DNA of 63,267 nucleotides, the filler included, from Octopus bimaculoides (taxonomy: Eukaryota): the NCBI RefSeq assembly GCF_001194135.2. It is 5 parts of 5 records of this genome, joined end to end, with 100 filler letters (N's around TTAATTAATTAA, not from the genome) between each part and the next. Parts side by side here need not be neighbours in the genome. Positions count along the whole stretch, not along the records: positions 1 to 30,664 come from NC_068982.1; positions 30,765 to 40,890 come from NC_068985.1; 3 more parts are not named here. One strand, written 5' to 3'. This document shows, one piece after another, positions 29,151 through 40,564 of this stretch (position 1 is the first letter of the stretch; every line of letters starts with the position of its first letter). A program made the position numbers and the translations under genes. Under the pieces are notes generated by a model. That model worked only from the letters and a program-made list of their open reading frames with translations, was not told where the DNA came from and ran no database searches.

Positions 29151-29622
29151 NNNNNNNNNNNNNNNNNNNNNNNNNNNNNNNNNNNNNNNNNNNNNNNNNN
29201 NNNNNNNNNNNNNNNNNNNNNNNNNNNNNNNNNNNNNNNNNNNNNNNNNNNNNNNNNNNNNNNNNNNNNNNNNNNNNNNNNNNNNNNNNNNNNNNNNNNN
29301 NNNNNNNNNNNNNNNNNNNNNNNNNNNNNNNNNNNNNNNNNNNNNNNNNNNNNNNNNNNNNNNNNNNNNNNNNNNNNNNNNNNNNNNNNNNNNNNNNNNN
29401 NNNNNNNNNNNNNNNNNNNNNNNNNNNNNNNNNNNNNNNNNNNNNNNNNNNNNNNNNNNNNNNNNNNNNNNNNNNNNNNNNNNNNNNNNNNNNNNNNNNN
29501 NNNNNNNNNNNNNNNNNNNNNNNNNNNNNNNNNNNNNNNNNNNNNNNNNNNNNNNNNNNNNNNNNNNNNNNNNNNNNNNNNNNNNNNNNNNNNNNNNNNN
29601 NNNNNNNNNNNNNNNNNNNNNN

Positions 29623-29677
<55 letters not shown>

Positions 29678-30664
29678 GTATATATGTATGTATGTGTATA
29701 TGCATGTATGGTTGTGTGTGTGATCTGGATTTCAATCCATATGCCTGTTATTGCTGTTATCATGGATTCCCTTCTTGCTGCCTTTGCTTTGCTGTTGTAG
29801 CTCCCCCAGTGTCTGTGTTGCTTGTAGTTGTTTTTCTTGTTGCTTTTCCTGTTGTGGATGTATAATTTCCACTTGCAGTCCATGATCATTGCATTGTCCA
29901 TTCTTGTTGTTATTACTGTTGCTATTTCTCTGTTGCGGTCACTGACAGCTACAACGGCAACCAACCGACATTCTAGGACGGCTACGACCATCATGTCAAC
30001 AACGACGGCGAGGACGATGATGAAGATGACGATGACGACGAAAATATTGACGACGATAACGATATTGATGATGATGATGATGATGATGATGACGACGGTG
30101 ACGACCGTGGTGACGACGACGACGACAATGATGATGATGATGAAGAGATAATCGCGAAGTGGGTGGTGATGACGATGATAAGTTCTAAAATATAACAAGC
30201 AAGCATTTCCATCGAGCACAAACAATATTATTGTATATCTTGCTGCCATTTTAAGGACATGCTTCTCCCGTAAAAGCTTTCATATGGAATATTTCTCATC
30301 CTGAGAGAAGGAAAAAGAAAAAGAAGAAAAGAAAGCAAAGAAAATATTAGCTGGAAAATGAGAACGAAAAAAGGAACAAGGGAAAAGTTTTCTATCTCTC
30401 TCTTTCATCTCTTCCCCGCTCTCTGTCTATATATATCAATACATACATACGGACACACTCATATTTAGATATATAGACACATATGCATATTCATACATAT
30501 ATGTGTGCTTGTATGTATGTATGTATGTATGTATATATGTATGTATATATGTATGTAAGTATGTATCTATATATCTATATATCTATATATACACACACAC
30601 ACACATATATACATATATGCATGCATCTTTGTATGTGCTAGTATATATATACATACATACATAT

Positions 30665-30764
30665 NNNNNNNNNNNNNNNNNNNNNNNNNNNNNNNNNNNN
30701 NNNNNNNNTTAATTAATTAANNNNNNNNNNNNNNNNNNNNNNNNNNNNNNNNNNNNNNNNNNNN
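30665..30764. other. Artificial scaffold join 44N-TTAATTAATTAA-44N
   Basis: Identical 100-bp structure at four positions. Confidence 0.95.
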
Positions 30765-31860
30765 CTTGGGCCAATAGGTGGGGGTAGTGCAGGGCAAGCT
30801 ACATCCACTGAAAATTATTCATCTGCACAGGTACTTCTTGTACACCAAATCTTGGTAAAATCATAGAATTGGTTGGTTGGCAGAAACCTAAAAATGCACT
30901 TGTAACTTATTCTAAAATGTTTCAAACAGTTTCAGTAAATGACAAAAAAAGGCTTGGGAACGTCAGGGTAACAGGTCTGGCTCGGCAGGTGTCCCAGCGT
31001 ATCACAGACTGGGCCCGGTCGTCATCCTGCCACTGTGGTCAAACAATCTAAAAGAAAAAGTAAAAATAAACATCCTCTGAATCTTGACTGTTGGAATGTA
31101 CACACACTTCTTGATGATAATTTCAGCAAGAGGCCAGAAAGGCGTACTGCACTTATTGCATATGAGCTTTAAAAAATTCCCTTGATATAGTTGCGCTCTC
31201 TGAAACTCGTCTCACTGGTGAGGGTCAAGTAATTGAATCTACTTGCGGATATACTATCTTCTGGAAAGGCCTACCTACGGGTCAGCGTAGAGAATCTGGT
31301 GTTGGGTGTGCTCTCAAGAATACATTGCAGAGCTTCCAAGTGGTATATCTGACCGGATCATGTCATGCCGTATCAAACTGACAAAAGGTAGGTTTCTTAC
31401 CGTTGTCAGTATTTATGCACCAACAATGTCCCATTCTGGTGAAACTGTGGGACAGTTTTATGACAATCTAGCAAGATTATTGAGGAAAGTACCAATTTCT
31501 GACAACTTGGTCATTTTGGAAGATTTCAACACAAGAATTGGAAATGACTACGTTTCATGGCCTGTTTTAGGCCGACATGGGATTGGAAAATGTAATTAAA
31601 ATGGAGTAGCTCTTTTGACGTTTTGTACTGAGAATAATCTAGTTGTTACCAACACTTTGTTTAAGCAGAGAAATAAATATAAAATCACCTGGGTGCACCC
31701 AAGATCTAAGCACTGGTATCCCATAGATTATATTTTGATCCAAAAACGAGACGTGAAAGAAATTTCTAGCGTTTAGGCCATGAGAGGAGCAGAGGGCTGG
31801 ACTGACCATTGTCTAGTGCGTGGAACAATAAATTTTTCTATAAAACCATTGTCTGGTTTA
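30765..31860 (+). mobile_element. Decayed RTE (BovB-like) LINE, 5' region with APE endonuclease
   Basis: CWNVHTLLDD...RPERRTALIA, DIVALSETRL, GYTIFWKG, SIYAPT, LVILEDFNTRIG, NLVVTNTLF, TWVHPRSKHWYPIDYIL and WTDHCLV. Contains stops and frameshifts. Confidence 0.9.
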
Positions 31861-31941
31861 AAAAGCCACATCAGATGTCATGATGGTTCTAAGGTGTAGG
31901 TACAGGAGGTGGTTAGACTCTGCATAAGGAGTAGACAACGA

Positions 31942-31977
<36 letters not shown>

Positions 31978-32546
31978 CCTTAGGGTTTAGCCGCATTTAA
32001 GTGGCAAATATACTTCACGTTATATATANNNNNNNNNNNNNNNNNNNNNNNNNNNNNNNNNNNNNNNNNNNNNNNNNNNNNNNNNNNNNNNNNNNNNNNN
32101 NNNNNNNNNNNNNNNNNNNNNNNNNNNNNNNNNNNNNNNNNNNNNNNNNNNNNNNNNNNNNNNNNNNNNNNNNNNNNNNNNNNNNNNNNNNNNNNNNNNN
32201 NNNNNNNNNNNNNNNNNNNNNNNNNNNNNNNNNNNNNNNNNNNNNNNNNNNNNNNNNNNNNNNNNNNNNNNNNNNNNNNNNNNNNNNNNNNNNNNNNNNN
32301 NNNNNNNNNNNNNNNNNNNNNNNNNNNNNNNNNNNNNNNNNNNNNNNNNNNNNNNNNNNNNNNNNNNNNNNNNNNNNNNNNNNNNNNNNNNNNNNNNNNN
32401 NNNNNNNNNNNNNNNNNNNNNNNNNNNNNNNNNNNNNNNNNNNNNNNNNNNNNNNNNNNNNNNNNNNNNNNNNNNNNNNNNNNNNNNNNNNNNNNNNNNN
32501 NNNNNNNNNNNNNNNNNNNNNNNNNNNNNNNNNNNNNNNNNNNNNN

Positions 32547-32596
<50 letters not shown>

Positions 32597-32682
32597 GGTG
32601 GGGGATATGTATGAATGTATGTGTGCATTAAAAATCATCTCAAACTCGAAGTATACTGAAACATGGTATTTTTCAATTTCAG

Positions 32683-32861
32683 AAATGGCCAAATGGTCAG
32701 TAAATATGTGTCTCATGTCCCAGTTCGAAATACTCACCAGTTTTGGTTAGACAATATCGATTGCAGTGGTAATGAGACCGACCTTGCCGAATGCAAGCAT
32801 AGTAACTGGGGCGATGCTTATTGCGACCAGGAGAACTGTGCAGCTGCTTGGTGTTCTGATT
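32683..32861 (+). CDS. SRCR-domain protein exon (C-terminal half of an SRCR domain)
   Basis: Acceptor tttcaatttcag (AG 32681-82) and donor GTGAGT at 32862. Phase 2 to phase 1. Translates NGQMVSKYVSHVPVRNTHQFWLDNIDCSGNETDLAECKHSNWGDAYCDQENCAAAWCSD, matching the SRCR pattern WLD.v.C.G.E..L..C....WG...C......C. The N-terminal half exon was not found and may lie in an N gap. Confidence 0.9.
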
Positions 32862-33382
32862 GTGAGTATATACAACTTTGCAAACTTCATGTCTCTTTCG
32901 TTCCATAATTGATAATCACTCCTATGATTTTTCACTTTCATCAACATGTAACATCGATTTTTCCATGACAAACTGAAGTCTGTGAATTACTTTTATTATA
33001 TAGACGCAGGCATGGCTATGTAGCTGATAAGCTTGCTTTGCAACCACATGGTTTATGGTTCGTGTCACCATGGCAAATGTCTTCTAGTATAGCCTCGGGT
33101 TGTCCAATGCGTTGTGACTGTGCATCTTCAAAGTTAAGCAAAAAAAATGCTTAACACTGAAGTAGTGGTTTACATGGTTATATAACGTTTCAACAAGCAA
33201 CTATGTAATCCAGGCAGTAATTGTCGAAACGCGAGTATGTTTTATAAAGTATAAAATATTATTTGTTTTCTGTATTTTATTAATACTCTGTTTGTATGTG
33301 TGTGTGTAGGGAGGGAGGCGTGTTATACTTTAATCACATCAAAACCAGTTGCTCATTTATTCCTTTGTTTTTGTATCGATAG

Positions 33383-33524
33383 ATGTCGGTATTCGACTGA
33401 AAGACGGACGAACAAAACAGGAAGGACGTGTAGAAATTTTGCATAACAGAATATGGGGCAGTGTATGCGATGACAGCTGGGATGACAACGATGCTACTGT
33501 TGTATGTAGAATGTTAGGATACAG
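33383..33524 (+). CDS. SRCR-domain protein exon (N-terminal half of the next SRCR domain)
   Basis: Acceptor tttgtttttgtatcgatag and donor AG/GTATGC at 33525. Phase 1 to phase 2, in frame with both neighbouring exons. Translates (Y)VGIRLKDGRTKQEGRVEILHNRIWGSVCDDSWDDNDATVVCRMLGY(S), a classic SRCR N-half. Confidence 0.95.
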
Positions 33525-33624
33525 GTATGCTATAAAGTATTATTTAATGTTGATTATATTTGATAAAGGATTCATGTGAATTAACTTTCAGCCTAAATTA
33601 TAATACATAATTATTACTAACACA

Positions 33625-34245
33625 TATACAATGCCTGAAATTTGAGGGAGAGATGAAGTATTCGAGTAAATTGTCCCCTGTATCTGACTGGTCCTTTATT
33701 TTGTCGGTCCCGAAAAAATAAAAGGTAAGTTGCCCTTGAAGAGATTTGAACTTAAGATACAAGGAGCCGGAACTAAATACTACAAGGATTTTTTTCGTGA
33801 AAGAGGAGTTAGTCGATAGGAAGTACTGGTACTTAGGAGGGGTGTATGAAAAGTTTTGAGCCTTGTACTATGTTTTGTTTTTTCGTGGCTGAAGACTTTT
33901 CATACACCCCTCGAAATTTACTCGATGCCGAAAAGATAAAAGCAAAGTTTGACTTCAGCGGGATTTTAACTCAGAAAGTAAAGAAATGGAACAAGGCACT
34001 TTATATGATACTCTAACAACTTAACCAGCATAGATATAATAAATAATCCTCACTACTATTGGCACAAAGCCTGAAGTTTGGCGGGCGGGATTAGTCGATT
34101 ATGTGGTGCTCAACTGGTACCTATTTCATCGACTCCGAAAGGACGAAAGGCAAGGTCAACCTCGGCGGAATTTAAGCTCAGAAAATAACGATGGACTAAA
34201 TGCCTCTAAGCATTTTATCCGGCGAGCTAACGATTCTGCTACCCT
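33625..34245 (-). mobile_element. Three tandem SINE family A copies in SRCR intron
   Basis: Reverse-complement bodies at ~33625-33800, 33805-33990 (with the MITE insertion) and 34055-34245. Confidence 0.8.
33836..33913. mobile_element. 78-bp mariner-type mini-MITE inserted in a SINE
   Basis: ~27-bp TIRs gaggggtgtatgaaaagttttgagcc / ggctgaagacttttcatacacccctc with 2 mismatches. The left flank is TA, and the element interrupts a minus-strand SINE. Confidence 0.75.
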
Positions 34246-34728
34246 AGATATAATAAATAATGCCAAGTGGACGATGAACATTAGTCTAATACATTTTAGA
34301 AGAAAACTAATTTTTTTTTAATTATTTCTCGATTCTAGTTATTTACAGACTGAATGTGTCTGAAATAGTTTGGTTTAATATAATCAAAATTGATTTTTTT
34401 TAACTAATAACTGAGATATGTAAACTACATTAGCTTACATATTTTGGTTTAATGTCATTAAATAAATAACAATTTCCAGTTGTCCACAAGTTTAATTGCT
34501 AATTAACTAGTGTATTACTCGTCATATGAAGAGTAACTTTGGAAGTATTGTTTTGGTGCTTATAAAGAATGATAAAATAAATACTAATTTTCAAAAGAAA
34601 ATTATTTATTGACTTGAAATAAAATTAAACAAAACAATATTCTAAAAGTAAGAAAAAATGCAAACAAGATTACTCTGTTTTGATTCTATAGTGTGAAGTT
34701 CACTTACACACCCACACATATTCTCTCT

Positions 34729-34777
<49 letters not shown>

Positions 34778-35204
34778 CTTCCTTCTTTCTTTCTCACTTT
34801 TTCTCTCTCTCCTTCCTTTTCTCTCTCCCTCTGCTCGCTCTCTCTCAGTCTCTCTCTGTTTGCACATACACACACGCGCGCGCGCACACACACGCACACA
34901 TATATAAATATATATATTGTAATAGAAATTAGAGGTTAAAGAAATCCAGGCCAATACCTCAGTCAGTACCCCATCCGAAAAACCTGTTTATCTGAGCAAG
35001 ATGGAAATCCGTGTAAATTAAATCTACAGCATGTTCCGTACAAACTACAGATCCTATGAGATTCACCAATGAAGCAGTCGGTATATTTATCGCAGAGAAA
35101 ATAAACTAATCAATCAAACTAAAAGAAATGAATACTGCACTGTTATATCTATATTGAAGTTTATGCAACATTGTTTCCATTTCTAGTCATATATATATAT
35201 ATAT

Positions 35205-35451
35205 ATCCAAAATTAAGGAATGAAGTACGTAAAGTCCGGGTTACATATGTTTCATAGCAAACTCACAGAGGAATTCTCTGTGTTAACATGGATCTCCTAA
35301 CGGTGATGTAAACTTCATGTAATAAAGATATCCTTGGCTTAAAGAGTAGCTTGCGGTATACCCCTCGGTTGGATAATCACTACTTCCGAGGTTCCGCTTT
35401 CTATGAAACATGTAGCTCGGATTTTATCTACTCCATTCCTTAATTTGGGAT
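35205..35451. mobile_element. ~247-bp foldback/MITE-like element in SRCR intron
   Basis: ~55-bp imperfect inverted repeats (35205-35261 vs 35398-35451) and an internal hairpin CACAGAG-gaatt-CTCTGTG. Confidence 0.7.
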
Positions 35452-35663
35452 TTTTATTCGCATACTCAACTACCTCAATTGCCAACCGTGAACTATGAAA
35501 TAACTTTTTTCAGCTTATCTTACTTCGATACGAGACAAAATGCACAACCTTCCGCACCAATAAACAACTAGTGATTCTGAAAGCTGTTTTTTTTTTTAAT
35601 ATCTTCTACAGATTGCTTGAGAGTCATTAAATTCCAACACTTTGAGCCTTGGATCTTACCTTC

Positions 35664-35695
<32 letters not shown>

Positions 35696-36167
35696 CTATC
35701 TATCTATGTATTTATATATTACACGTTGGCTGTCGTGAGGGGACTTAAAATTGACTTTTCTAGGATTTATACGTGCAAATATTTGTATATATACGTGTGA
35801 ACCTGCTTCGGGCGGTATCTACAATTATTTGGACTTATATTTCCTTCCGCATATTGTGTTGACGAAGGAAGAAAGCTTATTTTTTTGCTTTAATCCAGAA
35901 ATTGGAACCAATTCACAATTAACTTGAAGTCATTTTAATTTTCTTTCACTAGCCCGCTTCCAGCCATGTGTATATTTATTCTGGAGTTTTTGGTACCTTT
36001 TGAAGGCGTCAGCACTTCAAGCATGCTGGAGATAGATCGTTTTTGCCCTTACTCCCTTAATATAATNNNNNNNNNNGGATATATAATTGATATTGAAGCT
36101 AATCAGCCCCATTTCATATCAACTCACCTAAAACTATCACTGGTTCTATGATTCAAACTTCTCGGCT

Positions 36168-36590
36168 AAAAGTAATCTAAATTGAAACCTTCTATCAAAA
36201 TTTCGTGTTAACTTATGCTCCAAACATCAACTTAATAATGACAAAATTATTTTACTTAATTCTTTATTCCAAATAAATTTAAACAAATATAGTGTATTTC
36301 TACAGAAATACGGTCACAAAAGGGTTAAAGTGATCTAATTTAAAACCCTCAATAATAATTTCAGGATAATTTATGTTCCAAACACCAGCTTAATAACGAC
36401 AAAATTATTTTACTAAATTCTTGATTATTTTCAAAGATGAATGAAATGAAGTCAGTGCATTTCAACAGAAATATAGTAACGAAGGGCTTAAAGTGAGCTA
36501 AACCTACCGTCAAAATTACATGTTAATTTATATTCCAAATACCATCTTAGTGACGACAGTTAATTTATTCAATTCTTTATTTTCAAATAT
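36168..36590 (+). repeat. Diverged tandem repeat, ~160-bp unit x 2.6
   Basis: Units begin aaagt(a/g)a(t/g)ctaa at 36168, 36327 and 36490 and share ttatg.tccaaaca.ca.cttaataa.gacaaaattattttact.aattc. Confidence 0.8.
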
Positions 36591-36609
36591 TTCTGATTTG
36601 TTTTTACAG

Positions 36610-36779
36610 TTATGGAAAAGCAACGATAGAAAGTAAACACGGTTTCACACGTGGACAAATATGGCTGGACGATGTAGGTTGTGATGGAAGAGAATTTTCT
36701 TTGGAAAGCTGCAGCCATTTAGAATGGGGTTGGCACAACTGCAATCACGATGAAGATGCTGGTGTCATCTGTTCGAACA
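36610..36779 (+). CDS. SRCR-domain protein exon (C-terminal half, completes a 6-Cys group A SRCR domain)
   Basis: Not in the ORF track. Acceptor gatttgtttttacag and donor GTAAGC at 36780. 170 nt, phase 2 to phase 1. Translates YGKATIESKHGFTRGQIWLDDVGCDGREFSLESCSHLEWGWHNCNHDEDAGVICSN. Confidence 0.95.
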
Positions 36780-38189
36780 GTAAGCTGCGTTGTTTTATAG
36801 TATAATTCTTCATTGATGTAAAAATCTCTTTTATTTAACTTTCTTTTGTAGTCATGTAAATATATTGAATTTTGATGTGAATGTTGAAGGGATTAAAAAC
36901 TAAATTTTAGGGAGTAAAATTCATGCAGCGCATGTAGAACATCGAGAATCCAAACAATAACATACTTATAAATTCTTAATACGTTCTGGCAGACTCGAAC
37001 GTGGATATTTGATCAATGTTGTATTTCGTCATCAGAGAACATCTCTCTTTGGACGATGCTTGCTAATAAGACGCGTGATTCACTAGTGCAAGCGAGCTTT
37101 GAGACACCAAGTATTTCGACCTTATTGTATCCTCAGTCGAAACTATCCGGACGGATGAATCTAACATCAGCTCAGATTTTTGTTTATAGTGATCAGCAAA
37201 CATATTATTTGCTGATATGAGCTAATGACTGCCAGATAATACATGCCATGCACACAGATCAACGATGATATAAAAAAATTAATCTATCTATTCATCGCCT
37301 ACGAGGTGATGTTCTCCGCTGGCGAAAAACAACAGCGATCAGATGTTCACCTTCAGATTTACCAGAATGTATTTTAAATTAATTGATACGATATTGGTTG
37401 GGTTCTAGTTGTTCTGTGTGCACCCTATGAACTATTGTCTATTTGGTGGACATCAGCATGCATTAGTTAAATAATGTGTTTGCTGCTTTCTATAAGCATA
37501 AGTTCGTTTTCTCGTTAAATTCATTGATCCGGTGGGGTAGTATTGACTAGGGCGACACACAGTGAGATCGAAACACCGCAGTATCTCAAAGTCTTCTTAT
37601 ACCGATGAATCGTTTAAAAGATGTTTTCCAATGATGAAAAACGACAACAACGCTCAGATATTCACGTTCAAATCTATCAGAACATATTGAGAATGAATAG
37701 ATACGCTATTGCATGTTCAAGGAAGTTATGCTAGTCTTCAGCTCTCTTTTAGACCTGTCATGTGTTTTCTATAAAATCTTGTAACATTATATAAGATAAA
37801 GAAAGTGGTAATGATTTAACACATGAGTGAAATTATTCGCACCTTTCACCATACAACATATGACACAGTATCACATGTATGTAAGACATTGAATGTTGGT
37901 GTTAATTAAAATCTTACGTAGGATGCTTAAGTATGTATCCCTTTCAATATTACATTATAACATTTTATGCTGTAAAACGTGTGCTCTCAACCAGTTGTCT
38001 TATTCAGCACTTGTGGGACCTGAACGCAGTATAGTGAAGAATGGAAATACTTATCTTTATATTCACTTGTATTTACCCCAACTTACCATTTTCTTATTCA
38101 TATTTTCTCAACCCTCGTTGCCTCTACCACAGCCGAGTATGACAGGGTAGCATTTGCCATACTTTAGCTAAATGTTTTAGATGCCTATG

Positions 38190-38436
38190 TAGTCACGATC
38201 AAAAGTAGATACCCTCTCAGTCCACTCACTCTTGACCGAGCGAGACATCGAGGATACAATAAGTGAAGGGAGAAAAGGCTTCATCAGCACGCAACCAGTA
38301 CTCATTTCCAACTGAGTATACTGGGGCAACACAAAATGAAGCGCTTTGCTCAATGGCACAACACACCACCTGCTCCAGGAATCGAACCTATGACTTTATG
38401 ATCATGAGTAGAATACTTTAACCACTAGGTCACGTG
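38190..38436 (-). mobile_element. tRNA-derived SINE, minus strand
   Basis: Reverse-complement head ccaggaatcgaacctatgactttatgatcatgagtagaatactttaaccactagg. Confidence 0.65.
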
Positions 38437-38699
38437 CTGTTTCTACACACCCTTACATTCTTTTAGAAGAAAACCTGATGAAGGCAACTACCCGAAACGT
38501 TCGAAATAGTTTTGTAATATATCACAATGTTTACTGAGCTGACTCCTCCCAACACAGAGTGCCAACACTACCATCATCGATCACCTCAATCTTGATTGAT
38601 TAAAGCTCAATAAAAGCTCTTCTGGCTCAATAAAATCCTAGAAAATATAACAGTGAATTTGGTAGACAGAAACTCTGTGAAACTCCGTGTTATATATAA

Positions 38700-38757
38700 C
38701 GATAGTGCTCCAGCATGACCGCAGCTTTAAAGCTGAAACAATTTAAACAATTAAAGA

Positions 38758-38813
<56 letters not shown>

Positions 38814-39035
38814 ACTCGGTGCGCGTGTGTGTGTGTATTTGTCCCCCACCACCGCTTGAAAATCAGTGTTGGTTTGTTTAGTCCCCATAACATTAGCGGT
38901 GAGGCAAAGAATATCGATAGAATAAATGCCAGACTTTAAAAGCAATAAGTACTCGGATCGATTTGTTCGACTGAGCGTTTCAAGGCGATGTCCCAGCATG
39001 GCCGCAGTCCAAAGACCGAAACAAGTAAAAGATAA
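38700..39035 (+). mobile_element. SINE family C 3' part with internal (TG)n
   Basis: ttgtcccccaccaccgcttg...cattagcggtgaggcaaag...ccagcatggccgcagtc...gaaacaagtaaaaga. Confidence 0.8.
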
Positions 39036-39114
39036 ACGTTAAAAATATTGAAATTCCAATGTTTCTTATGAACTCACACTATACATATGTTTCTCTTTCA
39101 TTGTTTTGCTACAG

Positions 39115-39132
39115 ATCCAGACACGATTATAG
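39115..39132 (+). CDS. Candidate 18-nt phase 1-1 micro-exon (or start of a terminal exon) of the SRCR gene
   Basis: Strong pyrimidine tract ttctctttcattgttttgctacag and donor AG/GTTAAT. Encodes (N)PDTII in frame after the 36779 exon. Read-through gives GGT TAA TAA, with AATAAA at 39304-39309. Confidence 0.5.
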   Translation: MQTRL

Positions 39133-39914
39133 GTTAATAACACCAATACCTGCACAGAAGACAAAAGCCTGAGCAAATATTTACAAGAATCTATGGATTT
39201 GATTACACACACATGTTAATGATTTGTAAAATGAAATCCACAACTTCATACAGAATATTTCCTTTAAGATCTCATTATATCAGAACCAAAAATACTTAAT
39301 GATAATAAATATAGCTAGTGATAAATTACTTGTATTTCTTACCTGGGGAAGTGTGTGTATGAGAGAGAGAGAGAAATAGAGACAGAGAGACACACAGACA
39401 CACAGACAGAAGGAGAGAGAAAGGGAGAGTGTGTGAGTGTACGTGTATGTATGCGTGAGTATATGTATCAATGTTAACTAGTGGGACCCGTGAATATTTC
39501 ACGGTGTTAATGGTAAACTTATTGTGTTATTTCTGAAAACGTTATACAAAAAGCCTGAAAGCATAGCCTGTGTTGTGTCTGTATTAAAAGATAGTCACTT
39601 ATCTGCTAATCATTGAAAAGTGAAGGAAATTGGAATATGATGATTACTTAATGCATTTTGTATATACACTTTGTATACTTTAAGCAAAATGTTATAGCCT
39701 TAATATACAACTATCTCCCTCTTTCTCTCTGACTCTTCGCCTTACCCTCTTTTTCTCTCTTTTTTTTATTTTTTTTGCTCTTCGCCTTTCCTTTCAACTC
39801 ATCACGTGAAAGCGTTACAAACGGGCTAAATAACGGAGAAAAAAAACTTAGTTCAAAAACAAAAATTGTACATTTCACTCACCACCACCACTCCACCCCA
39901 ATATGTGCCGCCAG

Positions 39915-40030
39915 AAAAGCGGTGAGCTAGCAGAAATGTTAGCACACTGGACAAAACACCTAACAGCATTTCGTCTGTCGTTACCTTTTGAGTTCAAATT
40001 CCGCCGAGGTCGACTTTGCCTTTCATCCTA
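39915..40030 (+). mobile_element. SINE family A, truncated
   Basis: gcggtgagctagcagaaatgttagc...gagttcaaattccgccgaggtcgactttgcctttcatcc. Confidence 0.85.
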
Positions 40031-40564
40031 GAGGACGCCAATCGATTGCCTGTATTAGTAATGCATTAATAATCTTTTCATCTTAATTTAATTTATTGCA
40101 GTTAATAAAAAAAAATTAGCATTTTCTTTTAGCTCCTGACACATGGTGAAGGGGTGGGCTACGGGGACGGCGGTAGCAGAAATAGATTTTGGGGATATTA
40201 ATGAAAGTAATGGTAGAGGTGATATTGATGATGGTGGTGGTGACCGTGGTGTTGTTAATGATGACTACAGTGGTGGTGATATTAATGATGAAGATAATGG
40301 TGGTAGAGGTGATGAGATTAGTGATGATGATGAGGAGGTGTGACAGTTCTTCAGCATGAATATTAATAAGTTAGTAGGGAGCTTGACGGTTAATTAGGGA
40401 GGCGGAGATGTATTTCCGAATATGCAGCGTTGTTCTTCAGAAACTCCAGACCCACGATCAAAGACATTGCAGCTGCAATAATCCAGTATTTATATGTTTC
40501 TAATATTGTGTACAGAAGCACAGCTAGGGAAGCAAGTTACATCTTCTCCACTTCACATTTCCTC

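Noticed and set aside
40143-40343. Asp/Gly-rich 66-aa ORF
   Set aside because: It is degenerate (GAT/GGT)n low-complexity DNA and is not in frame with the nearby acceptor.
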